The notes: generated from the letters alone by a model not told the origin. A stretch of 32,959 nt of DNA from Haloarculaceae archaeon (GCA_018609665.1 JAHENN010000119.1:1-32959); one strand, 5' to 3'. Numbered from the stretch's first letter, positions 16,422 to 26,258 are shown. Numbers and translations are program-made.

Positions 16422-18272
16422 GTGGCTAGCCAGCTGATTCCCCTCGTCGCGGCGATCATCGCGATCGGCGTCGCCGCGCAGATACTCGCCGACCGCTTCG
16501 AGGTCCCGAGCATCGTGTTCCTCATCGCGGCCGGCATCGCGCTCGGCCCGGAGGGGCTCGGGGTCGTCACGAGCGACTCCTTCGAGGCGCTGCCGGCCAT
16601 CGTCGGGCTGTCGGTCGCCATCATCGTCTTCGAGGGGGCGTTCCACCTCCGGGTCGAGAAGCTCCGGCAGGCGACGAGCGAGAGCCTCCGGCTCGTCACC
16701 GTCGGCGCGGCCGTCGCGCTCGTCGGAACGGCGGTCGCCGTCCGGTTCGCGCTCGGCACCGACTGGGGACTCGCCTTCCTCATCGGCGCGCTGCTGGTGG
16801 CGACCGGCCCGACCGTCATCACGCCCATCCTCCAGGTCGTGCCGGTCCGGGACCGGGTGGCCGTCGCCATGGAGACGGAGGGCATCATCAACGACGTGAC
16901 GGCGGCCATCCTCGCGGTGGTCGTGTTCAAGATCATCCAGCTGGAGGAGCCGACGCTCTCGGCGTTCCTCGCGCTGTTCGTCGAGCGCGTCGGCGGCGGC
17001 TTCGTCATCGGGCTCGCCGTCGCCGGCGCCGTCTGGGCCGTCCTCCGGTACATCGACCTCTCGCCGGGCGACGCGCCGCGGAACGCCCGGCTCGTCGTGC
17101 TCGCCGGCGCGCTGGTCGCCTACGGCGCGGCCGACACGCTGGCCAGCGAGGCCGGCGTCGCCGCCGTCGCCACCGCCGGCATCGTCCTCGGCAACCTCGG
17201 CGTCCCCTACGAGGAGCAGATCTCCGACTTCAAGGGCGACATCACGCTCATCGTGCTGTCGTTCGTCTTCATCGCGCTGGCGGCACAGCTCAAACTGCAG
17301 GACCTGCTGGGGCTCGGCCTCGGCGGCGTCGTCGTCGTCGCGGCGGTCGTCTTCCTCATCCGCCCGCTTCTGGTCTACCTCTCGACGGTCGGCGGCGACT
17401 TCACCCTCGGCGAGCGACTGTTCGTCGGCTTCGTCGGCCCGCGCGGTATCATCCCCGCGTCGGTCGCGACGCTGTTCGCCATCGAACTGCAGGCCGCCGG
17501 CGAGAGCGAGGCGGCGACGCTGCTGGTCGGGACGGTCTTTCTCGTCATCCTCTCGACGGTCGTCCTGCAGGGCGGGCTCGCCAGATACATTGCGGAGTAC
17601 CTCGACGTGATACCAATGCGTGTGCTCATCGTCGGCGGCGGCCGGGTGGGTCGCGAGCTCGCCCGCCGTCTGGAGGACAGAGGAGAGGACGTCGTCGTCA
17701 TCGAGACCGACGACGAGACGGTCGAGACGGCCCGCGAGGCGGGACTGACGGTCCGGATCGGCGACGGGACGAACCTGGAGACGCTCCGGGCGGCCGGCGG
17801 CAGCAACGCCCAGTCGATCATCGCCGCGACCGGCGACGACGACACGAACCTGCTCATCGGCCGGCTGGCCACCGCGAAGTTCGACGCCGAGCGGGTCATC
17901 TGCCGGGCCAACGAGCCGGACAACATCGAGGCGTTCGACGACCTCGACGTCGAGGTCATCTCCTCGTCGCACGCCGTCGCCCAGGCCATCGACAACGTCA
18001 TCGAGCGGCCGGCGCTGCAGCGCTGGTCGGAGAACATCGAGGAGGGCGGCGACGTCCAGGAGGTCGCCGTCGAGAACGACGCGTTCGTCGGCCGGACCGT
18101 CGACGAGGCCGGCGACGAGCTCCCCGACCGGTGTCTCATCGCCCTGGTGACCCACACCGACGACACCTTCGTCCCCGAGGCCGACTTCGTCCTCGAGCGC
18201 GGCGACCGCATCACCATCGCCGGCGAACACGACGCGGTCCGGGAGGCGATGGCGCGCTGCCGCGGCGACTGA
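16422..18272 (+). CDS. CPA1-type cation:proton antiporter with C-terminal TrkA-N/TrkA-C (RCK) domains
   Basis: Many TM helices with IVFEGA, ATGPTV, ETEGIINDV and GPRGIIPAS, followed by VGGGRVG (Rossmann), IAATGDDDTN and a TrkA-C domain. GTG start inferred. Confidence 0.92.
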   Translation: MASQLIPLVAAIIAIGVAAQILADRFEVPSIVFLIAAGIALGPEGLGVVTSDSFEALPAIVGLSVAIIVFEGAFHLRVEKLRQATSESLRLVTVGAAVALVGTAVAVRFALGTDWGLAFLIGALLVATGPTVITPILQVVPVRDRVAVAMETEGIINDVTAAILAVVVFKIIQLEEPTLSAFLALFVERVGGGFVIGLAVAGAVWAVLRYIDLSPGDAPRNARLVVLAGALVAYGAADTLASEAGVAAVATAGIVLGNLGVPYEEQISDFKGDITLIVLSFVFIALAAQLKLQDLLGLGLGGVVVVAAVVFLIRPLLVYLSTVGGDFTLGERLFVGFVGPRGIIPASVATLFAIELQAAGESEAATLLVGTVFLVILSTVVLQGGLARYIAEYLDVIPMRVLIVGGGRVGRELARRLEDRGEDVVVIETDDETVETAREAGLTVRIGDGTNLETLRAAGGSNAQSIIAATGDDDTNLLIGRLATAKFDAERVICRANEPDNIEAFDDLDVEVISSSHAVAQAIDNVIERPALQRWSENIEEGGDVQEVAVENDAFVGRTVDEAGDELPDRCLIALVTHTDDTFVPEADFVLERGDRITIAGEHDAVREAMARCRGD

Positions 18273-18321
18273 CTCGCGCGAGTCGGGACGATTTATGTGC
18301 GCGGAGTGCCGCGTCCCCCAC

Positions 18322-20010
18322 ATGATACACGCAGAGGGTACGCTGCTGTCGGTCGACGTTGGCGCGCGGGAGGCGACGACCGAGACGGTCGACGGCGTGC
18401 TCGAGTCGTTCGTCGGCGGCCGCGGCGTCGGGACGAAGCTCGCCCACGACCGGATCCCCTTCGACGCCGACCCGCTCGGCCCGGACAACAGCCTCGTGTT
18501 CGCGGTCGGGCCGCTGCAGACGTCGACGATGAGCTACACCGGCCGGATGTCCTGCACCGGGCTGTCGCCGCTGACCGACGGGCTGCTGTCGTCGAACGCC
18601 GGCGGCTTCACCTCCCGGCCGTTCTACGACACCGGCCACGCGGCCGTCGAGATTACCGGCGAGAGCGACGAGCTGGTCGGCGTCCACGTCACCGACGACG
18701 GCGTCGAGTTCGAGCCCGTCCCCGAGCTCGAGGGGGCGACCACCGGCGAGACGACCGACCACGTCGAGGCGTCGACCGGCCTCGGCGAGGAGCACACCGC
18801 CGTCGTCGGCCCGGCCGGCGAGAACGAGGTCCGGTTCGCCGCCATCATCACCTCCGGGTCGCGGGCGTTCGGCCGCGGCGGCCTCGGGGCCGTCCTCGGC
18901 GCGAAGAACGTCAAGTACCTCGCCTTCGACGGCGACTCCCGCCCCGACGTCGCGGGGCTCGACGACGAGCTCGTCCAGGAGATTCACGCCGAGGCCGCCC
19001 AGTCCAGCAGCCCGATGAAGGACGCCGGCACCGTCTCGGTGTCCGACTACGCCAACGCCGTCGGCGCCCTGCCGACGCGATACTTCCAGGAACTGAGCTA
19101 CGACGAGGTCGACGACATCGGCTCGGCGGCCGTCATCGAGCACAAGTACAAGAAGGGCACCTGCTCGGCGTGTGCCTTCGCCTGCAAGCTGCCGACCCGC
19201 GACGAGGAGTCCGGCCTGGAGACGGAGGGCCCCGAGTACGAGACGATGATGTCGTTCGGCTCCAACGCCGCCGTCGACGACTTCGTCGCCATCATGAAGT
19301 CCAACGAGCTGTGCGACCGCTACGGGCTGGACACCATCTCCTGCGGCGACGCCGTCGCCGCCTACCTCGCCGCCGAAGGGGAGTTCGGCAACGCCGAGCT
19401 GATCCACGAGCTCATCGAGAAGATCGCCCACCGGGAGGGCGTCGGCGACACGCTGGCGGAGGGTATCGACCGCTTCCACGACGAGCTGGGCGTCGAGAAC
19501 TGGACGATGAAGGGCATGGAGTTCGCCGCCCACGACGGCCGGACGCTCAACGGCCAGGGGCTGTCCTTCGCCACCGCCAACCGCGGCGCCGACCACATGT
19601 ACGCCGAGATGTACCAGCTGGAGTACCCGCTCGTCGCGCCGGACAGGGCGGTCGACTCCGACGGCGTCGCCGGCAAGTCCGAGCGGCTCATCGAGATGGA
19701 GAACAAGAACGTCGTCCACGACTCCGGGGTGCTCTGCAAGTTCGCCTTCTCGAACATGACCCACGAGCGGTACGCCCGGCTGTTCGACGCCGACTGGGAG
19801 ACGCTGATGGACGTCGGCGGCCGGGTCGTCGAGCTCGAGCGGCACTTCAACAACCAGCGCGGCTTCGACCGGTCGGACGACGCCGACCTGCCGTACGAGC
19901 TGGAGGGGCTCGACGACGAGCTGTCGAACTACTACGAGCTGCGCGGCTGGAACGACGACGGCACCGTCCCGGACGCCGACGTCGGGGGCGCCGCCCCCGC
20001 CGACGACTGA
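18322..20010 (+). CDS. aor: Aldehyde:ferredoxin oxidoreductase family (W/Mo-pterin) enzyme
   Basis: Motifs FVGGRGVG, SPLTDG, GPAGEN, GRGGLGAVLGAKNVK, CSACAFAC (4Fe-4S), GPEYET, GLDTISCG, RGADH and DSGVLCKF. Confidence 0.93.
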   Translation: MIHAEGTLLSVDVGAREATTETVDGVLESFVGGRGVGTKLAHDRIPFDADPLGPDNSLVFAVGPLQTSTMSYTGRMSCTGLSPLTDGLLSSNAGGFTSRPFYDTGHAAVEITGESDELVGVHVTDDGVEFEPVPELEGATTGETTDHVEASTGLGEEHTAVVGPAGENEVRFAAIITSGSRAFGRGGLGAVLGAKNVKYLAFDGDSRPDVAGLDDELVQEIHAEAAQSSSPMKDAGTVSVSDYANAVGALPTRYFQELSYDEVDDIGSAAVIEHKYKKGTCSACAFACKLPTRDEESGLETEGPEYETMMSFGSNAAVDDFVAIMKSNELCDRYGLDTISCGDAVAAYLAAEGEFGNAELIHELIEKIAHREGVGDTLAEGIDRFHDELGVENWTMKGMEFAAHDGRTLNGQGLSFATANRGADHMYAEMYQLEYPLVAPDRAVDSDGVAGKSERLIEMENKNVVHDSGVLCKFAFSNMTHERYARLFDADWETLMDVGGRVVELERHFNNQRGFDRSDDADLPYELEGLDDELSNYYELRGWNDDGTVPDADVGGAAPADD

Positions 20011-20411
20011 GGGCGCCGGACGGCCGAGGGTTCATACGCCGGAGCGGGGCCAGAGGTCGTGTGCGCTGACCACGGCCGACCGGCGTCTCGCGGGAGCGCG
20101 GTGCACCGCCGGTCGCCCCTGCCGGCACCGCCTGTTCGCCACGCCGCCGCGTGACCCTCCTGTCGTCGCCGTTGCACCCGCCGCGGGTCGCCCCTGCCCG
20201 CCGACCGCCTCGACGGCGACGCCGTCGCGGCCCGAAAGTGACGCCGCCGGCAGTTCGGCGGCTGGCGACGGCGTCTCTCCGGCCGCTGCGGTCCGACCGC
20301 GGGCTGGCCGCACCCGTCCGGCCGACGCCGCGTCCCGTCGGAGTTCCCGGCCCACAGCGGGCGTTCGCCGTCGGCGTAACTGACAACACCCCTCCGGGCG
20401 AGGGAGCCTGT

Positions 20412-20915
20412 ATGTTCGACGAGATTATGCGGAAGTTCGACGACAGCCCGAGCCAGCAGGCTGTCATCCGGCTTCTGCTGGAGCGGGGCTTTTCGGTCAA
20501 CGACGACGGCCGGGTCGTCTCCGGGGGAATCGAGATTCCGAACACCGGCATCGCCCGGGAGATCGACGTCGACCGGCGGGTCGTCGACGCGACGACCGAC
20601 GCCATCCTCGCCGACGAAGAGCTGCGGCGCATCTTCCAGAACATCTCGGCGTTTCCCTCGCTGATGGACCTCGCGCCGGTGCTCGATCTGACGGTGCTGA
20701 CGGTGTTGCCGGACGACGCCGACCGCCACGGCATCGTCGCGGCGGTGACCGGCGTCCTCGCCGACCACGACATCTCCATCCGGCAGACGATAAGCGAGGA
20801 CCCGGAGTTCACCGACGAGCCGCGGCTCTACCTCGTCACCGACCGGCCGCTCGACGGCGAGGTAATAAACGAGATCCGGGGGTTCGATTTCGTCCGGAAG
20901 ATCCAGCTGGAGTGA
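20412..20915 (+). CDS. Archaeal ACT-domain (amino acid-binding) regulator protein
   Basis: N-terminal IEIPNTGIAREIDVDRRVVDAT HTH-like part and C-terminal ACT domain (GIVAAVTGVLADHDISIRQ). Confidence 0.88.
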   Translation: MFDEIMRKFDDSPSQQAVIRLLLERGFSVNDDGRVVSGGIEIPNTGIAREIDVDRRVVDATTDAILADEELRRIFQNISAFPSLMDLAPVLDLTVLTVLPDDADRHGIVAAVTGVLADHDISIRQTISEDPEFTDEPRLYLVTDRPLDGEVINEIRGFDFVRKIQLE

Positions 20916-20973
20916 CCGCCCGCCGGCGGGGGCTACCGATTCTCATTTAACAGCGCGGCCGGATATGGCTCAC

Positions 20974-23900
20974 ATGAGCAGGTTCGAGACGGTCGAGGAC
21001 CGCTACGACGCCGCCGGGGTCGAGGACCGCGTCGCCGAGTGGTGGGAGGCGGTCGACGCCTACGAGCAGACCAAGCAGCACCGCGAGGGCGGCGAGGAGT
21101 TCTTCTTCGTCGACGGGCCGCCGTACACCTCCGGGTCGGCCCACATGGGGACGACCTGGAACAAGACGCTGAAGGACGCCTACATCCGCTACCACCGAAT
21201 GTGCGGGTACGACGTCACCGACCGGCCGGGCTACGACATGCACGGGCTGCCCATCGAGACCCGCGTCGAGGAGCGGCTCGGCTTCGACAACAAGAAGGAC
21301 ATCGAGGAGTTCGGCGAGCAGAACTTCATCGACGAGTGCAAGGCCTACGCCAGCGAGCAGCTCGAGGGGCTGCAGGAGGACTTCCAGTCGTTCGGCGTCT
21401 GGATGGACTGGGACGACCCCTACCGGACGGTCGACCCCTCCTACATGGAGGCGGCGTGGTGGGGCTTCTCGAAGGCCCACGACCGCGGGCTCGTCGAGCA
21501 GGGCAAACGCTCCATCGCGCAGTGCCCCCGGTGTGAGACCGCCATCGCCAACAACGAGGTCGAGTACGACCACGTCGAGGACCCCTCCATCTACGTGAAG
21601 TTCCCGCTCGTCGACCGGGAGGGGTCGCTGGTCATCTGGACGACGACGCCGTGGACCATCCCGGCCAACACCTTCGTCGCCGTCGACGGCGACGCCACCT
21701 ACCGGGCGGTCGAGGCGACCGTCGGCGGCGAGACCGAGCGGCTCTACCTCGAGGAGTCCTGCGTCGAGGAGACGCTGGAGCGGGGCGGCTACGACGAGTG
21801 GACGCTCGGGGAGGCGCTGTCCGGCGAGGAGCTGGTCGGCTGGCGCTACGAGCACCCGCTCCGGGGGGAGGTGCCCGACGCCCCCGACGGCGACGGCGCG
21901 CTGCAGGTGTACACCGCCGACTACGTCGAGGCCGACCGCACGGGGCTGGTCCACTCCGCGCCCGGCCACGGCGAGGTGGACTTCGAGCGCGGCCGCGAAC
22001 TGGGGCTGGAGGTGTTCTGCCCGGTCGGGGCCGACGGCGTCTACGAGCCGGCGGCCGGCGACTACGCCGGCCGGTTCGTCAAGGACGCCGACCCCGACAT
22101 CACCGACGACCTCGCGGCGAAGGGGCTGCTGCTGCACGGCGGCCGCCACCACCACGACTACGGCCACTGCTGGCGGTGCGACACGCCCGTCGTCCAGATG
22201 GTGACCGACCAGTGGTACATCACGGTCACCGACATCAAGGAGAACCTGCTGTCGCTCATCGAGGACAGCGAGTGGTACCCCGCCGAGGCCCGGGACAACC
22301 GGTTCAAGGACTTCGTCGAGGAGTCGCCCGACTGGAACGTCTCCCGGCAGCGCTACTGGGGCATCCCGATCCCCATCTGGACGCCGGAGGAGTGGTCGGG
22401 CGACGTCGACGACGCCATCGTCGTCTCCTCCCGGGAGGAGCTGGCCGAGCGGGCCGACCAGCCGGTCGACCCCGGGACGGTCGACCTCCACAAGGACACC
22501 GTCGACGAGCTGACGATCACCGAGGACGGCACCACCTACACCCGGGTGCCGGACGTCTTCGACGTCTGGCTGGACTCGTCGATGGCGTCGTGGGGGACGC
22601 TGAACTACCCCGAGGAGACCGACGACTTCGAACGGCTGTGGCCCGCCGACCTCATCATCGAGGCCCACGACCAGACCCGCGGGTGGTTCTGGTCGCAGCT
22701 CGGGATGGGCGGGGCGACCCTCGACGAGATCCCCTACCGGCAGGTGGTGATGCACGGCTTCGCCAACATGCCCGACGGCCGCAGCATGTCGAAGTCCAAG
22801 GACATCTTCGTCGACCCCCACGAGGTGATCGACGAGCACGGCGTCGACCCGATGCGGCTGTTCCTGCTGTCGGTGACGCCGCAGGGCGACGACATGCGGT
22901 TCTCCTGGGACGAGACCGCCGAGATGGAACGGCGGCTCAACATCCTCTGGAACGTCTTCCGGTTCCCGCTGCCGTACATGCGGATCGACGGCTTCGAGCC
23001 GGACGCCGACGGGACGGCGGCGCTTGCCGACGCCGACCTCGAGACGGTCGACGAGTGGGTGCTGTCGCGGCTCCAGACCACCGTCGAGACGATGACCGAC
23101 CACTGGGAGGCGTTCCGCCAGGACAAGGCCCTCGACGCGCTGCTGTCGTTCGTCGTCGAGGACGTCTCCCGGTTCTACATCCAGGTCGTCCGCGAGCGGA
23201 TGTGGGAGGAAGAGGAGTCGCCGAGCAAGCAGGCCGCCTACGCGACGCTGTACCGCGTCCTCGTGGAGACGACGAAGCTGCTGGCGCCCTACGCGCCGTA
23301 CGTCGCCGACGACATCTACGGGACGCTGACCGGCGACGACGGCTACGACACCGTCCACATGTGCGACTGGCCGGAGCCGACGGCGGCGCTCCGTGACCCG
23401 CAGTTGGAGGCCGACGTCGACGTCGTCGCGGCCGTCGAGGAGGCCGGCTCGAACGCCCGCCAGCGGGCCGAACGGAAGCTCCGCTGGCCCGTCCGGCGGG
23501 TCGTCGTCGACGCCGACGACGAGGAGGCTGCCGCGGCCGTCGACCGCCACCGGCCGCTGCTCCGGGACCGGCTCAACGCCCGCGAGATCGAGCTGGTCGA
23601 CCCCGGCGCCGACTGGGCGGAGCTGCGGTACAGCGTCCGGGCCGACATGTCGGTGCTCGGGCCCGCCTTCGGCGACGCGGCCGGCGAGGTGATGGACGCC
23701 ATCAACGCCGTCACGCTCGAGGAGCCGAGCCTGGCGGCGCTGTCGACGGCCGTCGCCGACGAGCTCGGCCGCGAGGTGGAGCTGACCGACGAGATGGTGT
23801 CGTTCAACGCCGAGACGCCCGAGGGCGTCGAGGGCACCGCCTTCGACGTCGACGGCGACGAGCGCGGCGTCGTCTACGTCGACACGACGCTGACGGCGGA

Positions 23901-24165
23901 CATCGAGTCGGAGGGGTACGCCCGCGAGGTCGTCCGCCGGGTCCAGGAAATGCGCAAGGAGCTGGACCTCGACATCGAGGCGGAGATCCGCGTCGACCTC
24001 GACGTCGAGGACGACCGCGTCGCGGGGCTGGTCCGCGACCACGAGGGGCTCATCGCCGAGGAGGTGCGGGCCGCCGGCTTCGGCGACGTCGCCGACGGCC
24101 ACGACCGCACCTGGGACGTCGAGGGCATCGACGTGCAGATCGCCATCGAGCCCGTGGGCGACTGA
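20974..24165 (+). CDS. ileS: Isoleucine--tRNA ligase (archaeal/eukaryotic type)
   Basis: DGPPYTSGSAHMGT (HIGH-like), editing domain WTTTPWT and GLVHSAPGHG, DWNVSRQRYWG, DQTRGWF, SMSKS. The start may be 20965. Confidence 0.97.
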   Translation: MSRFETVEDRYDAAGVEDRVAEWWEAVDAYEQTKQHREGGEEFFFVDGPPYTSGSAHMGTTWNKTLKDAYIRYHRMCGYDVTDRPGYDMHGLPIETRVEERLGFDNKKDIEEFGEQNFIDECKAYASEQLEGLQEDFQSFGVWMDWDDPYRTVDPSYMEAAWWGFSKAHDRGLVEQGKRSIAQCPRCETAIANNEVEYDHVEDPSIYVKFPLVDREGSLVIWTTTPWTIPANTFVAVDGDATYRAVEATVGGETERLYLEESCVEETLERGGYDEWTLGEALSGEELVGWRYEHPLRGEVPDAPDGDGALQVYTADYVEADRTGLVHSAPGHGEVDFERGRELGLEVFCPVGADGVYEPAAGDYAGRFVKDADPDITDDLAAKGLLLHGGRHHHDYGHCWRCDTPVVQMVTDQWYITVTDIKENLLSLIEDSEWYPAEARDNRFKDFVEESPDWNVSRQRYWGIPIPIWTPEEWSGDVDDAIVVSSREELAERADQPVDPGTVDLHKDTVDELTITEDGTTYTRVPDVFDVWLDSSMASWGTLNYPEETDDFERLWPADLIIEAHDQTRGWFWSQLGMGGATLDEIPYRQVVMHGFANMPDGRSMSKSKDIFVDPHEVIDEHGVDPMRLFLLSVTPQGDDMRFSWDETAEMERRLNILWNVFRFPLPYMRIDGFEPDADGTAALADADLETVDEWVLSRLQTTVETMTDHWEAFRQDKALDALLSFVVEDVSRFYIQVVRERMWEEEESPSKQAAYATLYRVLVETTKLLAPYAPYVADDIYGTLTGDDGYDTVHMCDWPEPTAALRDPQLEADVDVVAAVEEAGSNARQRAERKLRWPVRRVVVDADDEEAAAAVDRHRPLLRDRLNAREIELVDPGADWAELRYSVRADMSVLGPAFGDAAGEVMDAINAVTLEEPSLAALSTAVADELGREVELTDEMVSFNAETPEGVEGTAFDVDGDERGVVYVDTTLTADIESEGYAREVVRRVQEMRKELDLDIEAEIRVDLDVEDDRVAGLVRDHEGLIAEEVRAAGFGDVADGHDRTWDVEGIDVQIAIEPVGD

Positions 24166-26120
24166 TGCGGCGCCGGCGGCCGGTCGCGGCTGTCGCGCTG
24201 CTGGTCCTGCTTGCGGCCGGCGCGGCCCTGCTGGCGGCGCCGGCGGCCGCACAAGAGGTCGACGTCGACCACACGGTCGGCGTCGCCGACGAGCCCGGTC
24301 GGGTCGACGTGACGACGGTGGTCGACGCGCCGAGCGACGCCGCCGGCCTCACGGTGGTCCTGCCGCGGCGGACGGACGTCTACGAGACGGAGGGGTTCGC
24401 CCGGGTCGACGAACGGAAATACGAGTGGACACGCTCGACCGACCGGCCGAGGCTGTCGTACACGATGGCCGGCAACGTCACCGTCGACCGGGGCGCCGGC
24501 GAGCGGTACACCTTCGTCGTCACCGACGAGTGGGCAATCGTCCGGTCGCCGCGGGTCGCGGCCTTCGACCGGGCCGGGCGGCTCCAGACGGACCAGCACC
24601 GCACGGTCGTCGGCGAGGGCGTCGCCGGGCCGAACATCACGTATCTCGGCCCGGCCGAGGTGCGGACCCGCGACGTCGAGGGGGTCGACCAGCGGCTCCG
24701 GCTGGTCGTGCCTGCGGCGGCCGAGATGCGGGCCGACCCGGAGCGGGCCCTGGCGTCGATGGCCGACGCCGCCCGGCGGCTCCCGTTCGGCGACCCCGAC
24801 GGGGAGGTGTTCGTCGTCGCCGCGCCGACGACCGTCGAGTGGGCCGCCACCGGCCTCCAGCGCGGCGGCGCCGACATGTGGGTCCGCGACAGCCAGCGCG
24901 TCGACAGCCCGCGCAACGCCTGGGTCCACGAGTACGTCCACACGCGGCAGGCGTACGAGCCGACCGAGGCGACGCGGTGGACGATCGAGGGGATGGCCGA
25001 CTACTACGCGGCGCTGTACACCTACGAGGCCGGCCGGATCGACCACGAGACGTTCCGGCGGAAGCTGGAGCGGGGCGACCGCCAGACCCACGCGGACGTC
25101 CGCCTGGCGGCGCCGGACACCTGGGACGACGAGGCCAACTACGAGAAGGGGGCGCTGGTCTACGGAGCGCTGGACCGGCGGCTCCGGGCGACGTCGGACG
25201 CCTCCATGGGGCGGATCGTCGCCGAGTTCGGCGGCGACGAGATGCGGCAGGCCGACCTGCTGGAGGCGGTCGAGGCCGCCGGCGGCGCCGACCTCCGTGC
25301 GGACGCCGAGCGGTACACCGAGACGACGGCGACGCCGCCGGCCTGGGACCGCGAGGCCCACGCCGAGGCCTTCGGCGGCCCGGTGTTCGTCCGGTCCGTC
25401 GAGGGGTACGCCGTCGACGGCCCCTACCGGTCGGGGCCGCTCGCGGCGCCGCGGCTCGTGGCCGGCGAACGGCTCGAGACGACCGTGACCGTCCGCAACG
25501 AGGGCCCCGACCCCGGCGAATACGCCGTCGAGTTCGCCGTCGACGGCGACCGCGTCGAGACCCGCCGCGGCCGGCTCGCCCCCGGCGAGTCGGCGACGCT
25601 GTCGTTCACCCGCGGCTTCGACGCGCCGGGCGAGTACGAACTCCGGGCCGGCGGGACGACGGCGACGGTGGTCGTCGAGCCGCCGGCGGACCCCCGGGTG
25701 ACGGCGGTGTCGGCCGCCCCCGGGACGGCCGCTCCCGGCGAGCGCGTGGAACTGCGGGCGACCGTCGTCTCGACGGCCGACCGTCCGGCCGCCGGCCCCG
25801 TCGAGTTCACCGTCGACGGCGAGACGGTCGCCGGCACGCGGGTGACCGTCGCCGGGGAGACGACCGTCACGGCGACGACGACATTCGAAGCGCCCGGCGG
25901 CTACACCGTCCGGGCCGGCGACGGGACGGCGTCGGTGCGGGTGACGGTGCGGGAAGAGGCCTCGACGTCGCCGACCGCGGCCGGTGGCGCCGGCAACGGA
26001 GACGCCGACAGCGGCGGCGACGGCGCGGTGACGACGGGGACGGACGCGACCGGCGCCGCTCCCGGCCCCGTCGCCGTCCTCGTGGCGCTGACCGCGACGC
26101 TGCTGTGGAGGCGACGATGA
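24165..26120 (+). CDS. Secreted, C-terminally anchored gluzincin metallopeptidase-like protein with CARDB/Ig-like domains
   Basis: Signal peptide; HEYVH...EGMADYY...NYEKGAL; two beta-sandwich repeats; G/T/D linker; terminal hydrophobic segment plus RRR. Confidence 0.82.
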   Translation: MRRRRPVAAVALLVLLAAGAALLAAPAAAQEVDVDHTVGVADEPGRVDVTTVVDAPSDAAGLTVVLPRRTDVYETEGFARVDERKYEWTRSTDRPRLSYTMAGNVTVDRGAGERYTFVVTDEWAIVRSPRVAAFDRAGRLQTDQHRTVVGEGVAGPNITYLGPAEVRTRDVEGVDQRLRLVVPAAAEMRADPERALASMADAARRLPFGDPDGEVFVVAAPTTVEWAATGLQRGGADMWVRDSQRVDSPRNAWVHEYVHTRQAYEPTEATRWTIEGMADYYAALYTYEAGRIDHETFRRKLERGDRQTHADVRLAAPDTWDDEANYEKGALVYGALDRRLRATSDASMGRIVAEFGGDEMRQADLLEAVEAAGGADLRADAERYTETTATPPAWDREAHAEAFGGPVFVRSVEGYAVDGPYRSGPLAAPRLVAGERLETTVTVRNEGPDPGEYAVEFAVDGDRVETRRGRLAPGESATLSFTRGFDAPGEYELRAGGTTATVVVEPPADPRVTAVSAAPGTAAPGERVELRATVVSTADRPAAGPVEFTVDGETVAGTRVTVAGETTVTATTTFEAPGGYTVRAGDGTASVRVTVREEASTSPTAAGGAGNGDADSGGDGAVTTGTDATGAAPGPVAVLVALTATLLWRRR

Positions 26121-26258
26121 CCCGCCCCCGGGTGCGTCCGGCCTCGGCCACCACGAGCCGTCGACCGGCGACGCAGACGACGCGGACGGCGAGACGGAGG
26201 CGTACGTGACGTTCGACGCCGAGACCGCCGGCGAGCGGTGACCCGCAGCCGCCGTCGG

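Noticed and set aside
20011-20411. Possible SRP RNA, RNase P RNA, tRNA or Moco/Wco riboswitch
   Set aside because: It lacks recognisable signatures (RNase P GAGGAAAGUCC, SRP helix 8 motif, tRNA T-loop) and lies downstream rather than upstream of aor. Kept only as an unassigned candidate.
21139-22800. Non-canonical IleRS signature motifs (HMGT instead of HIGH, SMSKS instead of KMSKS)
   Set aside because: Such variants are, to my knowledge, usual in haloarchaeal IleRS and do not indicate a resistance paralog or pseudogene.
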